NCBI GenBank assembly: GCA_918797485.1
Contig: CAKKNE010000002.1
Location: forward strand, 6,014,001 to 6,078,000
Length of the DNA: 64,000 bases
Reading direction: 5' to 3'
Origin: Pelagomonas calceolata
Lineage: Eukaryota
Positions 1-11,862 of this stretch are shown in pieces. The position numbers were made by a program, and so were the translations under genes. The notes beneath the pieces are model-generated. The model had not been told where the DNA came from, did not search any database, and saw only the letters and a list, made by a program, of their open reading frames with translations. Every line of letters begins with the position of its first letter. Position 1 is the first letter of the stretch.

Positions 1-101
1 AGGCCAAGGGCAAGAAGCGCATGAAGGCCATGGGCAAGGTCACGGTGCCGCAGGAGGCGTTCATGGCCGTGCTGAACCTGAGGGACTCGGGGGGCGACTA
101 A
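1..101 (+). CDS. lepA: 3' end of translation factor LepA/EF4 (GUF1 family), partial
   Basis: Frame from nt 3 reads [32 protein letters not shown], matching the LepA C-terminal signature KGKKRMKxxGxVxVPQEAF; stop TAA at 99-101. Confidence 0.85.
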   Translation, partial: AKGKKRMKAMGKVTVPQEAFMAVLNLRDSGGD

Positions 102-118
102 AATATTAGAAAGGTACT

Positions 119-1645
119 TTAGAAGTGCACGGACTTTTTCGTCCCCGTGTCGATCGTCTCTGGTGGGAAGTGGCTCTGCTGCGTGAGCGTGCCCGGCGCG
201 GGCAGCTGGACCTCGTCCAACAAGCCCTGGGACGAGTTCGTGGCCAGCGCCCACTTCGCTCGTAAGGTGGAGGCCGCCTTCTTCGCGCGCTTGACCTGCG
301 TCTCCGCGTGCTGCCGCGTCCAGTCGAGCTTCGCCCTTAACTCAAGATAGCGCCGGTCCATGAGCTTCAGTTGGTCTTCCAGAATTTTAGAGCCTTCCTT
401 GAGCTCCAGCACGAACTTCTCTCTTGCATTATTCCGGCGCGCGAGCGTCCTCGATCTTAGTTTCGCCGTGTCCAGGTCCTTCTCGGCCCGGCGCAACTGG
501 TCCGTGACCTGCGCCTTCGCGCCCACCTCGTGCTTCAGGTGGACCATCAACTTCTCGACGTGGTCCGAGAGCGCCGCGACCTTCTTGCCCGTCAGCTTCG
601 CCTCGGCCTCGGCCTTCTGGCGCTGGTCCTTCTCGGCCTTGCCCCTTGCCAACAGCTCCGTCGCCTTGTGCTTCAGCGCGCGGACGTCGTCGCCCGCGGC
701 GAGCGCGCCGCGCAGTTCGGCGCGGAGCGACGTCTTCTCGTCCTCCGAGTGGCGCAACTTCCCGCGCAGCTTCGCGATCTCCCCCTCGAGGCGCTTGATG
801 GCCGCCGCGACGGCCTCGTTGCCCTCGGGCGTCGGTTCCGACGACGCCGGCGGCGCCTCGGACGGCTCCTCGGAGGCGACGCTCCGCTTCGAGATGATGG
901 TCTTCGACTGGCGCCCCTCGAGCTCCATGCTCCGTTCGCGCAGCTCGACCAATTGGAGCGTCGTGACGTTCTTGTACGCGTCGGTCGTCTTCTCGCCCCG
1001 GGAGATGCGGCCGACCAGATACTTTTTGGTCGACTCGGCGTCCGCCACTAACGTATCCCGCTCGGCCGTCACCTTGGTCAGCGTCTCGGCCAGCAACCGG
1101 TTCTTCTCGCCCTCGCCCACGATCTTCGTCGACAGGTCGTAGATCTCGTCCTGGAGCTGCGTCGTGCTGAACTCGTGGCGGGCGACGCGCGCCGCCCTCC
1201 GGTCGGCTTCTTTTCGTTGCAAGGCGTCGAGCTGCTCGCGCAGCTGCTCGTTCTCGTCCTGGAAGGCCTCGAGCTGCCTCCGCAACTGCCGGTTCAGGCG
1301 CGACGCCTCGGGGTCGAAGCCGCCGTCCCTCGTCCCGGGCGGCGACTGCCGCGACATCGGCCGGCCGTAGGCGTCCGTCGGCGCCTCGCCGCCTCGATCT
1401 CGTCCGACGGCGGCGCCGGGCCGCCCGCTGCCCATGCTGCCGTCGTCGGCGGCCCCGGGGCGCCCGGACCCCATGCTGCCGTCTTCGGCGCGCGGGTCCG
1501 GCATGGCGGGCTCGGCGCCCTCGAACTCGTCGCCGTAGTCCTCCTCGTCGCCCTCGCTCTCGTCGTCGTCGCCGTCGGCCTCGCCCGCGAAGACGCCGTC
1601 GTACTTGGCGGCGAAGTCCTCCTCGTACTCCTCCTCCTGGGACAT
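119..1645 (-). CDS. Coiled-coil protein of unknown function with acidic N-terminus
   Basis: 508-aa ORF with GC3-rich codon use, heptad-like E/K/R/L segments and an internal duplicated DGSMGSGRPGAA. Confidence 0.75.
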   Translation of the reverse strand: MSQEEEYEEDFAAKYDGVFAGEADGDDDESEGDEEDYGDEFEGAEPAMPDPRAEDGSMGSGRPGAADDGSMGSGRPGAAVGRDRGGEAPTDAYGRPMSRQSPPGTRDGGFDPEASRLNRQLRRQLEAFQDENEQLREQLDALQRKEADRRAARVARHEFSTTQLQDEIYDLSTKIVGEGEKNRLLAETLTKVTAERDTLVADAESTKKYLVGRISRGEKTTDAYKNVTTLQLVELRERSMELEGRQSKTIISKRSVASEEPSEAPPASSEPTPEGNEAVAAAIKRLEGEIAKLRGKLRHSEDEKTSLRAELRGALAAGDDVRALKHKATELLARGKAEKDQRQKAEAEAKLTGKKVAALSDHVEKLMVHLKHEVGAKAQVTDQLRRAEKDLDTAKLRSRTLARRNNAREKFVLELKEGSKILEDQLKLMDRRYLELRAKLDWTRQHAETQVKRAKKAASTLRAKWALATNSSQGLLDEVQLPAPGTLTQQSHFPPETIDTGTKKSVHF

Positions 1646-2049
1646 GGTTGCTTCGAACGCAGGGGCTGCCCGTCCGCGGTCGATGCGCGCGGCGGGCTGG
1701 CGGTCCTCGCTAGCCAGTGCGTTCCTGGCCGGGCAGCGCTCTAGCAGCTTTTACGGCCCGCGGGAGACGCCGATGGCAAGAGGAGGCAGCGCTACTTTTC
1801 TAGTATCTCTAGTGGCGCGTATGTTGGAACCTCGCGCGGACGTGGATAGAGGGGTACGGTCATCGATACCATGGGTCCTCCGAGCTTTACACTTTTCTAG
1901 CGAAGCCATCGAGCTGCCCCATGGCACGATGGCAATGGAACAGGGCCAGTAGCAACAAAAGGCAGCCCGAACGCGTGCAAAGACAGTGAGACAAGGGATC
2001 GCGGCAGCCCGAACGCGTGCACAAAGGCTGCCCGCGACCGCTGCGAGCC

Positions 2050-4254
2050 ATGAGGCGCCGGCTCAGCAATTGGCTGCCGCTGCTGCTGCTCGCAGCAGCC
2101 CGCGCCGACGACGACGACGAAGCCTGCAGCGGCACCTACACGCTCAGTGGACAGGGCATCCGCCTCAAAACCGCGCCGCTCGGCGCGGCGTCGCCCTACG
2201 CGCTCGCGTCGCAACCGGACGGCGAGTGCGCGCGGCCGGGCGACGCGTTGGTACGAGTGGGCGCCGCAAACGTCTTCGACGGCACGCTGCAGGACGCCGT
2301 CGAAGCGTGGGGCGCCGGTACACTGACTGATGAGGTCGCGTTTCCTCTCGCGGACGCCGGTACTGTACGAGGCTACGCGCTCGTGCGCTTCGTGGGCGCC
2401 GAGCAGGAGCTCGCGTTCCGACGCGGGGCCGGAGGCGTTGTGGAGGAGGACGACGCGGCTGATGATGACCTTGAAGCGGAGGCGGCCGCGTTACGCGCCG
2501 AAGCGCAGCAACGAGCGTTGGCGGCGGAGGCCGAGCGCGCCAAGGCTCGAGCCGAGGAGGACGCCGCCGAGAAGGCGGCCGTCGAGGCACATGCCGCCAA
2601 GGTCGCCGCCCTGCGGGCGGCCGAGCGCCAGGCTAGAGATGAAAAGCAAGCCGAGGCGCGGCGCAAAGAGTTGGAGAGAATAGAGGCCGAGGAGGCGGAA
2701 CGCGCCCGAAAGGCGGAGGAGGAGCGCAAGGAGCGGGACGAGGCGCGCCTCGAGCAGCAACGACGACGAGAGGCGGAAATCCAACAGCTCGAGAAGCAGA
2801 AGAAGGCCCGGGAGAAGGAGGAGCGGCGCCTGAAGCGCCTCGCGGAGGCCGAGGCCGAGGCCGCCAAGGTCTGGGAGAACCGCCTCGTGAAGTACGAGAC
2901 CTGGGCCCGGACCGCCTGGGACGCCCAGAAGCGCGACGCCGCGGCGCGCTTCGAGTTCCTGCCGCTCGAGTTCGCCGAGGCCAAGGGCCCGCTCGGCATG
3001 ACGTTCGGCGCCGGGAAGAGCGTGGACGCGACGCTCGTCACGCACGTCGACGCCGGGAAGCGCGCCGCCCGCGCGGGCGTCCTGCGGGGCGACGAGGTCG
3101 TGGAGCTGCGGTGGCTCCAGCGCGACGACGACGGCGCGCAGAAGGAGGTCGTCGTGAACACGACGGTCGTGCGGCCGGAGCGGGTCACGGCGCACGTCAT
3201 GGAGGCGATCAAGAAGCGCTGGTGGCCCCTGACCTTCGTCGTCTTCCGCGCGCACGAAGTTGGTAGTGTGGAGGCCGAGGCGCCGCTCTTCGTGAGCGTC
3301 GCGGCGCCCGTCGTGCTGCGCGGCGACCAGGGCGCGGTCACGGTCGCCCCGTGGGCGGCGACGCCGGTGCGAGAGGACGTGGACCTCGTGCTGGCCGACC
3401 CGTTGGACGGGTGCGCGGGGTCGCTGCTGGCGGAGCCGGCGCCCGTCGAGGACGGCCGCGTGAAGCTCGGCGCGCCGCCGCCCTCCGACCGGAAGCGGTT
3501 CGCGCTCGCGAAGCGCGGCGGCTGCTCCTTCGTGGACAAGGCCCGGGCCCTGCAGGCCCACGTCGACGGCGTCCTGATTTACAACACCGAGGCTGACCCG
3601 GTGAAGATGCCGGCCGGCGGCGTGCCGACGGACGACATCAGCGTGGTGGTCGCGATGGTCGGTGCCGACCAGGGCCAGCGCCTCGAGCGCGCGCTGCGCT
3701 GGCCCGACCGCGACGCGGTCGCGCTGGCCCTCGCGACCACCATGCCGTCGTCGGACGCGCCGCACCACCCCGACCGCGACTTTGACGACGAGGACGCGCC
3801 GCCGGTCAACGGCAACGTGACCTTCCAGTGCGGCCGCGACGTCGTCGAAGCCAGGTTCCGGTCCGCGGCGTTCGGGCCCCTCCTCGCGCCGCACGCGCCG
3901 CTGGGCGTGGGCTTCGCCGTCCCGCCCCCATTGTGCGCGCTGTCCGGCGTCGAGCGGCGCCTCGCGGGCCTCGCGGCCGTCGCGCAGCGCGGCGGCGGCT
4001 GCGGCTTCCAGGAGAAGGCGCGCGTCGCCGAGAAGCTCCAGGCCGCGGCGCTCGTCGTCGTCAACTCCGAGGACTCCCTCACGACGATGACGCTGCCGGA
4101 ACCCGACGCGCGCGCCTCCGTCGCGGCGCTCATGGTCGGCGCCTCCGCCGGGGCCGCGCTCGAGGCCATGGCCGCGGGCGCGTGCGGCCGCGCCGCGGGC
4201 GTCCTCGCGCGGCTCGCCTACGACGCGCCCGAGCTCGGAGACGAAGACGGGTAG
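2050..4254 (+). CDS. Secreted protein with coiled coil, PDZ-like and two PA (protease-associated) domains
   Basis: Signal peptide WLPLLLLAAARA; PDZ-like GPLGMTF...AARAGVLRGDEVVEL; PA motifs ALAKRGGCSFVDKARALQ and AVAQRGGGCGFQEKARVAEK. Confidence 0.75.
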   Translation: MRRRLSNWLPLLLLAAARADDDDEACSGTYTLSGQGIRLKTAPLGAASPYALASQPDGECARPGDALVRVGAANVFDGTLQDAVEAWGAGTLTDEVAFPLADAGTVRGYALVRFVGAEQELAFRRGAGGVVEEDDAADDDLEAEAAALRAEAQQRALAAEAERAKARAEEDAAEKAAVEAHAAKVAALRAAERQARDEKQAEARRKELERIEAEEAERARKAEEERKERDEARLEQQRRREAEIQQLEKQKKAREKEERRLKRLAEAEAEAAKVWENRLVKYETWARTAWDAQKRDAAARFEFLPLEFAEAKGPLGMTFGAGKSVDATLVTHVDAGKRAARAGVLRGDEVVELRWLQRDDDGAQKEVVVNTTVVRPERVTAHVMEAIKKRWWPLTFVVFRAHEVGSVEAEAPLFVSVAAPVVLRGDQGAVTVAPWAATPVREDVDLVLADPLDGCAGSLLAEPAPVEDGRVKLGAPPPSDRKRFALAKRGGCSFVDKARALQAHVDGVLIYNTEADPVKMPAGGVPTDDISVVVAMVGADQGQRLERALRWPDRDAVALALATTMPSSDAPHHPDRDFDDEDAPPVNGNVTFQCGRDVVEARFRSAAFGPLLAPHAPLGVGFAVPPPLCALSGVERRLAGLAAVAQRGGGCGFQEKARVAEKLQAAALVVVNSEDSLTTMTLPEPDARASVAALMVGASAGAALEAMAAGACGRAAGVLARLAYDAPELGDEDG

Positions 4255-4672
4255 CTGTTAACTACGTGGTATTGTGTGGATGTGTACTTCCCCCCATTGT
4301 TTTATTGTTACGGTACTAGGCCCCCCCCCCGGGAACGATTCCTGAAGCCTCCTCCCCCGGACCAGACATCGTCGATGTTACGGTGCTAGGACTAGTGGGC
4401 GGAGTCCCTGGGGGGGAGACACCGCGCGTCGCCGATTCATCGGCGGCGGGCGCGGGCCGCTTCTTTCATAACAGCGTACCCTCCCCCAGACAGCTAGTGT
4501 ATCAACGCACTAGTTTTTCCCAGCAGACTGCGCAGGGCGCTTTAAGACGGCCCGCTGCAACAAAAAATTACGAAAATTTGCGGACAGTATCCTATCAACT
4601 CAATTGAGGACCGCTGTGGTTGGGCGCGCTGTGCAGCGCGGAAGCCTGAGGCCACAGCAGGCCGCGGCGCCG

Positions 4673-7600
4673 ATGGCGCAGGCCATAGACATCGACGTCG
4701 ACGACGCGAATCGCCTCCCGACGCACTGGCTCCACGCCGCCTACGCCGGCGCCGACGCGCCCGCGCTGATCGCCGCGCGCAAGGCCGAGGTCGCGGGCCT
4801 CTTCCTGGGCGACGCCACGGAGCGGGGCGTGCGGGACGCGTGCGCGCGCGGCGACCAGGCCTACGTCGCGCGGGCCTGCGGCACGCTCAAGTCGCTCGGC
4901 GACCTGCGCGTGCCCATCTCGGCGCGGGAGCGGTGCGACTGGGCGCGCGCGTGCGTCGACGGCGCGAACGTGGCGGACGCGCCCGTGGCGTCGTCGGAGC
5001 GCCTGTACGACATGGCCGGGCGGCTGCTGACGGCGCCGACGACGGGCGCCGAGGTCGAGCTGCGCGCGATACCGAACCTGCCGAGCTTCGCCGACACCCT
5101 GCGGCGGACGCTCGCCGCGCTCGACGCGGCGCCAGACGTGGCGAACCGCGAGCGGCTCTCGGCGAGGAGAAGGGCTTTAGCCACGCTCGCGTGCAACCAG
5201 CGGCGCCTGAGCACGTGGGGCGACGCGGAGGTGTCGGAGATCTGCGCCGAGCTGGAGGCGACGATATCCCAACTCGGCCCCAAGGCCCAGGATTCGCTCG
5301 CCGCGTTGCTGGCGCTGAAGATCGCCGCGCCGACGCCGAACGAACGGAGCCCGCTGCCGCCCGGTGCCGCGGAGCGGTGGTGCCGGCGCTGGGAGGAGTG
5401 GTCCCGCGACGGCGGAAGCGTCGAGGCCGACGCCGTCTGGCTCACGCTGCTCTGCCGCGCGCGCAAGGACCCCGCGCAAGCGGCGGTCCTGCGGCGGCCG
5501 CCGGTCGCGACGCGCATCATCGCGGAGTTGATCCGGGCGGCGCAGGCCGGCGTGGGCGCGGCCCGCGGCGCGACGCCGCGCTACGCGCGGGCGGCGGCGG
5601 GGCGCTACCGGTGGCTCGCCTACGCGGGCTGCGACGCGCCCGCGGAGCGGTGCCTGCGCAAGCTCGCGAAGCTGGCGCTGTACCTCGTGTCGACGGAGGA
5701 CGTCGGCCTCGAGCCCCTGGCGCGCGTCTGCGCGACGCTGCGGCCGCTCTACCACCCGTCGAACAGCGGCGCGTGGACGTCTCGACTCGCTTTGTTGCTG
5801 AGCGAGCTGAGCCGCGAGTGTGCCAAGGGCGCGGCGCGACGGCGGGCGGCGCTCAAGCTCCCGGCGGGGTCGCGGGGCGTCAACGGCTGCGTGTTCGAGG
5901 GCTCGTTGCCGTCCCGCGAGACGACGGTCAAGTTGGCCCAGTTACTGGCGCCGCTGGCGCGCGCGGCGTTGTACGCGCGACACGAGTCCATGGTCTTGTC
6001 GGCCATCGGCACGCTCCAGAACCTGAGCGAGGCGGCGCCCGAGGTCGTCGCCGACGCGATCGTGCCCGCGTTAGGCGCGGCGTTGGAGGAGGGGTCCGTC
6101 CTCTGGGCGCACCAGGCGCCCGCGGCGCTGCGGTGCCTGGCGGCGTTGGTACGGCCCCTGTTCTTGCGAAGGCGTTTTCTGGAGGACGTCGAGCTGCACG
6201 TGGCGGACTCGGAGCGGTTCTGCCGCGAGGCCTTCTTCGACGGGCGGCCGAAGCCGGGTTGTCGTAATGACGGGAGCATCGTATTGATGGACCCGGCGGA
6301 CGCAATCAATGCGCCCCTCGCCGGCCTGCTTCCGAACTTATTGCAAGCGGCCTTGGACGCCGTCGACCCGAACGACGACGCGAAGACGCGCTGCGCCTTT
6401 TTATTCGTGGACTGCGTGTTGCGGTGGCTCCCGCTGCGGGATGATGATGATACGCCCTTCGAGAACGCCGCGCTGGACGACGTCGCGCTGCGGTTGGGCC
6501 GGGACTGGGCGCCGCGGTTTTTGGATAGGGTCTTCGCGGTCGTGGACGCGCGCGACGAGAAGGCGCACGTGCCGAACCAGGGCGCGGGCCGGCGCCACAA
6601 CGCCGTGCTCAACCAGCGCGAGGATGCGTCGGCCGGTTTATTAAGGACCGTCGCGCGGCGGCTGCTCGCGAGGATGGCGCCTCGCTTACGCGCGGCATCC
6701 CAAAAACGCATCGGCGCCTACGCGCTGAACGCCGAGAGCGTCGCGGCGAAGGACGCCGCGGGGCTCTGCGCGGCGGCCGTCGACTGCGACCCGGCCTGCA
6801 CCACGGCGGCAACAACAAGACTCGTGGAGACGCTGTTCCAGCGATGCCTGGAAGCGCTCAAGGACGGGGACCGCATGCGCGCGGCGCTGGCCGTGCGCTG
6901 CGTCGGCGGCGCGTGCCGGCGGCTGGCGCCGACGCAGGTCGCGCGGCGGCTGGCCGATATTGAGACGATGCTGGACATGAGCCTCGCGCACGGCGACAAG
7001 GTCGTCCGACGGTGCGGCCGGAAGTTGCTCCGAGACGCGCTGCGGGGCCTCGTCGAGACGCGGTGCGCCACGGCGGGCGTCCGCGACTGGCCCGCGAGCG
7101 GGTTCGGCGACGTCGAGGACGCGGCCGTCGCGTGGCGCGGGCCGCCGGCGGGCGACGACCTGGAGCGGACGGCCGCGGCCGTCGCCGGCCTCATCCGGCG
7201 GCGCGCGCAGGAGCCGCTCCAGAAGCTGATTAAGGAGGGCGGCAACCGGCGCGCGTGGCTCGACGGACTGAGACAGTTCGCGCGCGGCGCGCGCGGCGCG
7301 TCGGCGGCGCTGACGGACGGCACGGAGCCGCTCGAGGTGCTTGGGGACGCCGCGTCGCCGCTGAGCATGCGGGCGCGGGGCGTCGACGCCGTGACGGCCG
7401 CGCTGGGCGCCGGGAACCGCATCGTTTTAACCGAACTCCTGACGGCGGCCATGGCGACCATCTCCAGGGACGACAAGCTCGCCCGGGACGCCAAGGTGCT
7501 GCGGGCGGCGGCGAAGGCGGCGCGCGTCTTATTGTGTCTGCGGCGAAGCGCGCACATGGGCCGGAGCGCCCAGGTGCTGGCGAGCGTGCGGGCCTGGCGG

Positions 7601-10419
7601 CGCCACGGCACGACGGACATCATGGCCGACTACGAGCTGAGCCTCGTCGTCGGCGACGACGAGCGCATGCGGCGGCTGTACGCGCGGCGTGGCGCGGACG
7701 ACGCGGCCGAGCGGGCCGCGGCGCACCACCTCGCCTGGTGCCTGCGGAGCGCGCGCAACGACGCGGCCGTCCTCAAGGAGGGCGGCCGCGCCGCGGAGGC
7801 CCACGACCAATTAATAGGAGCCGTCGTCCGGTTGACGGCGCACGACTACACGGACGTGCGGTCGGCGTGCAGCGAGGCCATCGAGTGGTGCTGGTTCTAC
7901 TACGCCTGGGCGCTCAAGCCGCGACTCGCGCCGGCGCTGCGGGAGATCTCGGGCGAGCCGGGCGCGCTCTTCGCGTACAAGTACGAGGGCCCGCGGCCCG
8001 CGGCCAAGCGGTCGTCCGAGCTCTTCGCCGCCGTGGCCTTCGCCGGGAGCCGGCGCGCGCTGCGCCACGTCGCCGGCGACCCGGGCCTCGGCGAGCTCGT
8101 GTGCCGCGCCGTCTGCCGCAAGGAGCGGGGCGACCTGGACCAGATCGACGACGACCAGAAGGACGACGTCGCGGCGCGCTTCGACGGGCTGTGGCTGTGG
8201 TACGCGCTGCGGTACTCGATCCGGCCGTCGAACGCGGAGGCGCTCGTGGCCCTCGCGCGGCGCGGCGCGCAGGACGCGACGCTGCACTGGCGCCACCGCC
8301 TGGTCGCGGACGTGGTCCTGGGCCACGCGCTGGCGGCGCGTGATCAGGACGACGGCGACGACGAGACCTGGCAGTACGTGGCCCAGGGCGCGACCGACCC
8401 CCAGGACGCGCCGACGCAGCGGGCGCGCCTGGCCGTCGCGCTGCGCTTCTCCGACCGCGCCGCGCGGGGCGGCGCGAACAAGGCGCCGCTGGCTCTCGTA
8501 ACGCGCGTCTTCGCGGCCGACGGCACGGCGCTCGACCCGCTGCACGGGCTGCTGGACGCGTTGTGCCGGGAGCACCGGCGGGAGCGCGCGCGGGACCAGG
8601 AGAACGGGGCCAGCGCGCGCGACTCGCCCGTCGTCGAAGCTTTATTGAAGCAGGCGCGCCACTCCGAGGGCTCGCGGCTCTTCCCCAAGGCCACGGCGCC
8701 CTACGCGTCGCGCGGCTTCCGGTCGCGCCACGCGCGCTTCGTCAAGCGCCTGTGTTTGGCGGCGGCCGAGGCCCTGGGCGGCGACCCCGCGGCGGCCGTG
8801 GCGACGGCGTCGACGCAGCTCTTCGACCGCGCGGCGCCGCCCGACCGGGGCGCGGCGGCGGCCGCGGCTGCGGAGGTCCTTTTTGCGGCGTCCTTCCGTA
8901 CACCCTCCCGGTCATCGTCCCCGCACAGGCCTGGGGCGGCGCGCTGCGAGCGGCGTTACGAGCGGACGCCGACGCGACGGACCCGTTCGTCGAGCCGCTG
9001 CGGCGCGCGCTGCGCCTCCTGTCGCCGGACCACGCGACGGCCTGGGCCGACGCGCTGCGCTACGCCATCGCCGGGAAGCGCGCGGGGGCCTTTGCCCGCT
9101 CGCGGCTCTGCCAGGCGGTCCAGGGCGAATGGCGGCGGCGCCTCGACTTCGGCGCGCCGCCGCCGCCGGCCCTGCCGTCGTCGGCGCCGCCGCCGGCGCC
9201 GGCCGCGGCGCCGAACGGGAGCTCGTCCGGCAGTTCCTGGGCCCTCGCGGCCAAGTGGCTCGTCGTGGCGCCGGCCGTGCTCGCGGAGTTGGGGGACAGC
9301 CGCGACGACGCGGCCCGGCGCGCGGCCGTCGCCGTCGCCGACGGGCTGCGCGCGCCGCTGCTGGACGCGGCGGGGCACAACTTCCAGGCCGTGCGCGACC
9401 GCATTGGCCAGAGCCTGGCCGCGTGTTACGCCGTGGGGCGCCGCGTCCTTTTTTGCTTCTTCTTTTTACGCCCCGTGCGGCACGTCCCGCCTCCGCGCCG
9501 TCGGCGCGACGCTGTTCGACTCACACAGGTCCGGGAGGCGCCCGAGGACGTCCAGCGCCTCGCGGCGATGCTCGACGACGCCGACGAGGACGCGAAGCGG
9601 AGGAAACGGGAGACGGCCTACGGCTTGCTGCGGCACGCGTCGCGCGCGGGCAAGGTGTCCATCGTCGCGCCGCTGGTCGACGCGGCCATCGACGGCTGCG
9701 CCGACGCGAAGCAGGACCACCAGGCCCTGGCGGCTCAGAGCGTCGGGACGCTCATGGCCTCGCCCGCGCTGCGCTTGGACGCGGCGAGTACGTTAGGCGA
9801 CCGCCTGATGCGGGGCGCGTCGCACGCCAAGTGGCGGTCGCGCCGCGCGGCCGCCGCCGCGCTAGGCGCCTACGCCGCCGCGCGGGCCTGTCTGGGCGAC
9901 GCGGCCGAGTGCACCAAGGTCGCCCAGGCGCTGAGTGCCTTGCTCGGCGACGACACGTCGGAGGTGCGCGACGCCGCGACCGGCTCGTTCAGCGTCATGG
10001 CGGTCATTGCCGCGCCTGCGCAAAGGGACGCGTTCTGCCAGGCGCAGCTCGACCGGGCGAAGGCGGCGCTGCCCATACGGCGCCCGCCGAAGCGCAAGAA
10101 GACCGCGGTCGTCGACGTCTCGGGCGCGCAGCGGCTCGGCGCCGTCACGGCGCTCGGGGCGTGCGTCCTGGCCTATCCGTACGACGTGCCGGCGCACGTC
10201 CCCGCGTCGCTCGTGGCGCTGGCCCGCCACTCCCACACAACCTCGTCGTCGAACGGCGGCGCGCGGCACGCGGCGGCCGTGCGCGAGGCCGTCCGGGCGA
10301 CGTTCGCCGAGTTCAAGCGGACGCACGCGGAGACGTGGGACTTCGTGCGGCCGCTCTTCTCGTCGGAGGAGCTCGACGCGCTCGCGGACATTCTGTCGGC
10401 GGGGGACTATCTTGTGTAG
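4673..10419 (+). CDS. PSME4: Proteasome activator PA200/Blm10 (PSME4) homolog; predicted introns 8876-8928 and ~9433-9528
   Basis: Motifs YHPSNSGAW, AVDPNDDAKT and C-terminal AYPYDVP...EFKRTH...DYLV. A GT..CAG intron at 8876-8928 joins the two long ORFs in frame (AAAAE|AWGG). The donor of the second intron is uncertain. Confidence 0.8.
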
Positions 10420-10785
10420 TACTAATACATTCGGTCGGTTCTTGATTGCTCGTCTTGGTCCATTGTTGCGGCTCGCCGTCCCGCGGGGCGCCATCCGGGC
10501 GCGAAATCGCGTTGTGACTTCGGCTACCCTCCTGACTAATACTGCACGACGCCTCCACGCCTCAAAGAAGGCGGGCGACCAGTGACCCGGTCGGCGCGTG
10601 CTCGACTAGGCAGCCAGCAGGGATCCGAACGCATGCGTTGTCGTCGTGAAGCTGCGCCCAAACCGCGCAAGCGCTCATCACGGAACGTTCAAGAGGCCCA
10701 CGAAAACCAGTGCTCAAGTTTTACAGCGAAGAGAGCGCGTGAAAAGCGCTAAAAAACAAGCGCAGCTAGCAAAACCGTAGCAAAC

Positions 10786-11019
10786 ATGCCGTCGACGGCA
10801 TTAGGCAGAGGCCTCTTAGGCTTATTTAACTCCACGTTCACGGCACCGGCCGCGGTACAGCCGAAAATCAGTTCGGACAGCAGCGTCGCGAGCGACGCGT
10901 CGACGTCGTCGACGCGGTCGTTCTCGGAGCACATGGCGTACGCGTATCAGAACGGCGCCGATCCCGCTTTCAAGGATCTGGTTCGCTCCATATCCAACCT
11001 GTCCGACGACGGGTACTAG
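10786..11019 (+). CDS. Small hypothetical protein (77 aa)
   Basis: ATG in an A-rich context and a plausible Ser-rich sequence; no recognisable domain. Confidence 0.35.
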   Translation: MPSTALGRGLLGLFNSTFTAPAAVQPKISSDSSVASDASTSSTRSFSEHMAYAYQNGADPAFKDLVRSISNLSDDGY

Positions 11020-11184
11020 AGTCCTTTGTTTGTTAATCCCTCGTCGGCCGCGGAGACGCCGCGCCGAGCGCAAGTCGCATCCCTTCCCGAAGAATTAAGT
11101 TTACCCGTTCGTGTATGAAAAAAAGGTCAGTACGACGGCGAGGGCTGCGCGCGCGCGGTCGCACCCTCAAAACGGGTTTGGCTC

Positions 11185-11303
11185 AGGCTAGTTACGTCGT
11201 AGGGTCCCCCGTACCCCTCCCGCTCCCCCCGGGCCCACGTTTGAGGCTGAGGCTAGTTACGTCGCAGGGTTCCCCGTACCCCTCCCGCTCCCCCCGGGCC
11301 CAC
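11185..11303. repeat. Direct repeat, 2 x ~54 bp
   Basis: aggctagttacgtcgYagggtYcccc...ctcccgctcccccgggcccac at 11185-11238 and 11250-11303; a related fragment lies near 14881-14920. Confidence 0.85.
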
Positions 11304-11862
11304 CCGTCCGGCTGGACTAGGACGCAAGGGCTGAGTCACAGGGACTCGCACGCCCCCCCTTCTTTTGGGACGACCCCCGTCAGGATGTGGAATGGCCGCT
11401 GGCTCCTCTTTTACGACGAGCCGGAAATCAAGTGGTGAGAGAGATGCCCTCGCACACCAGGCCGAGCAATCCTGGAACGGGGAGCGAGAGCTCCAACCCG
11501 CCCAGACGGCCCTTGACAATAACTTGCCGGAACGGAACTAATAGGTTCAATGGATGCCACGGCGATACCGTAAGCCTACGAAAGCTCGGCCGGCGCGGCC
11601 AAGGTTACGGGGGGCGGCATGCCGCCGCCCCCAACGCCTCCTAGGTCGAGACCGACTCCGCGTTTGAGTCTAGTATGTATATCATCTAGGCTGCGTCGAG
11701 ATTTTTGCACAAAAACGCTAAGTGCTGGCTGGCAACGGCTGAGTCTCCTCTTCATATACGTTTTCAGCTCCTCGCCTGTGCCTGGCTGGCTGCCACGTTT
11801 TTTTGTGGAGCAGAAACTGAGCTCCTGGAGCAGGCTGCCGCACAGCCAGCTAGCAAAAATCG

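Noticed and set aside
8876..8928. Apparent frameshift in PA200 (also in the AlkB, ZZ and ATG14-like genes)
   Set aside because: Explained by short GT-AG introns that restore the frame; not pseudogenes.
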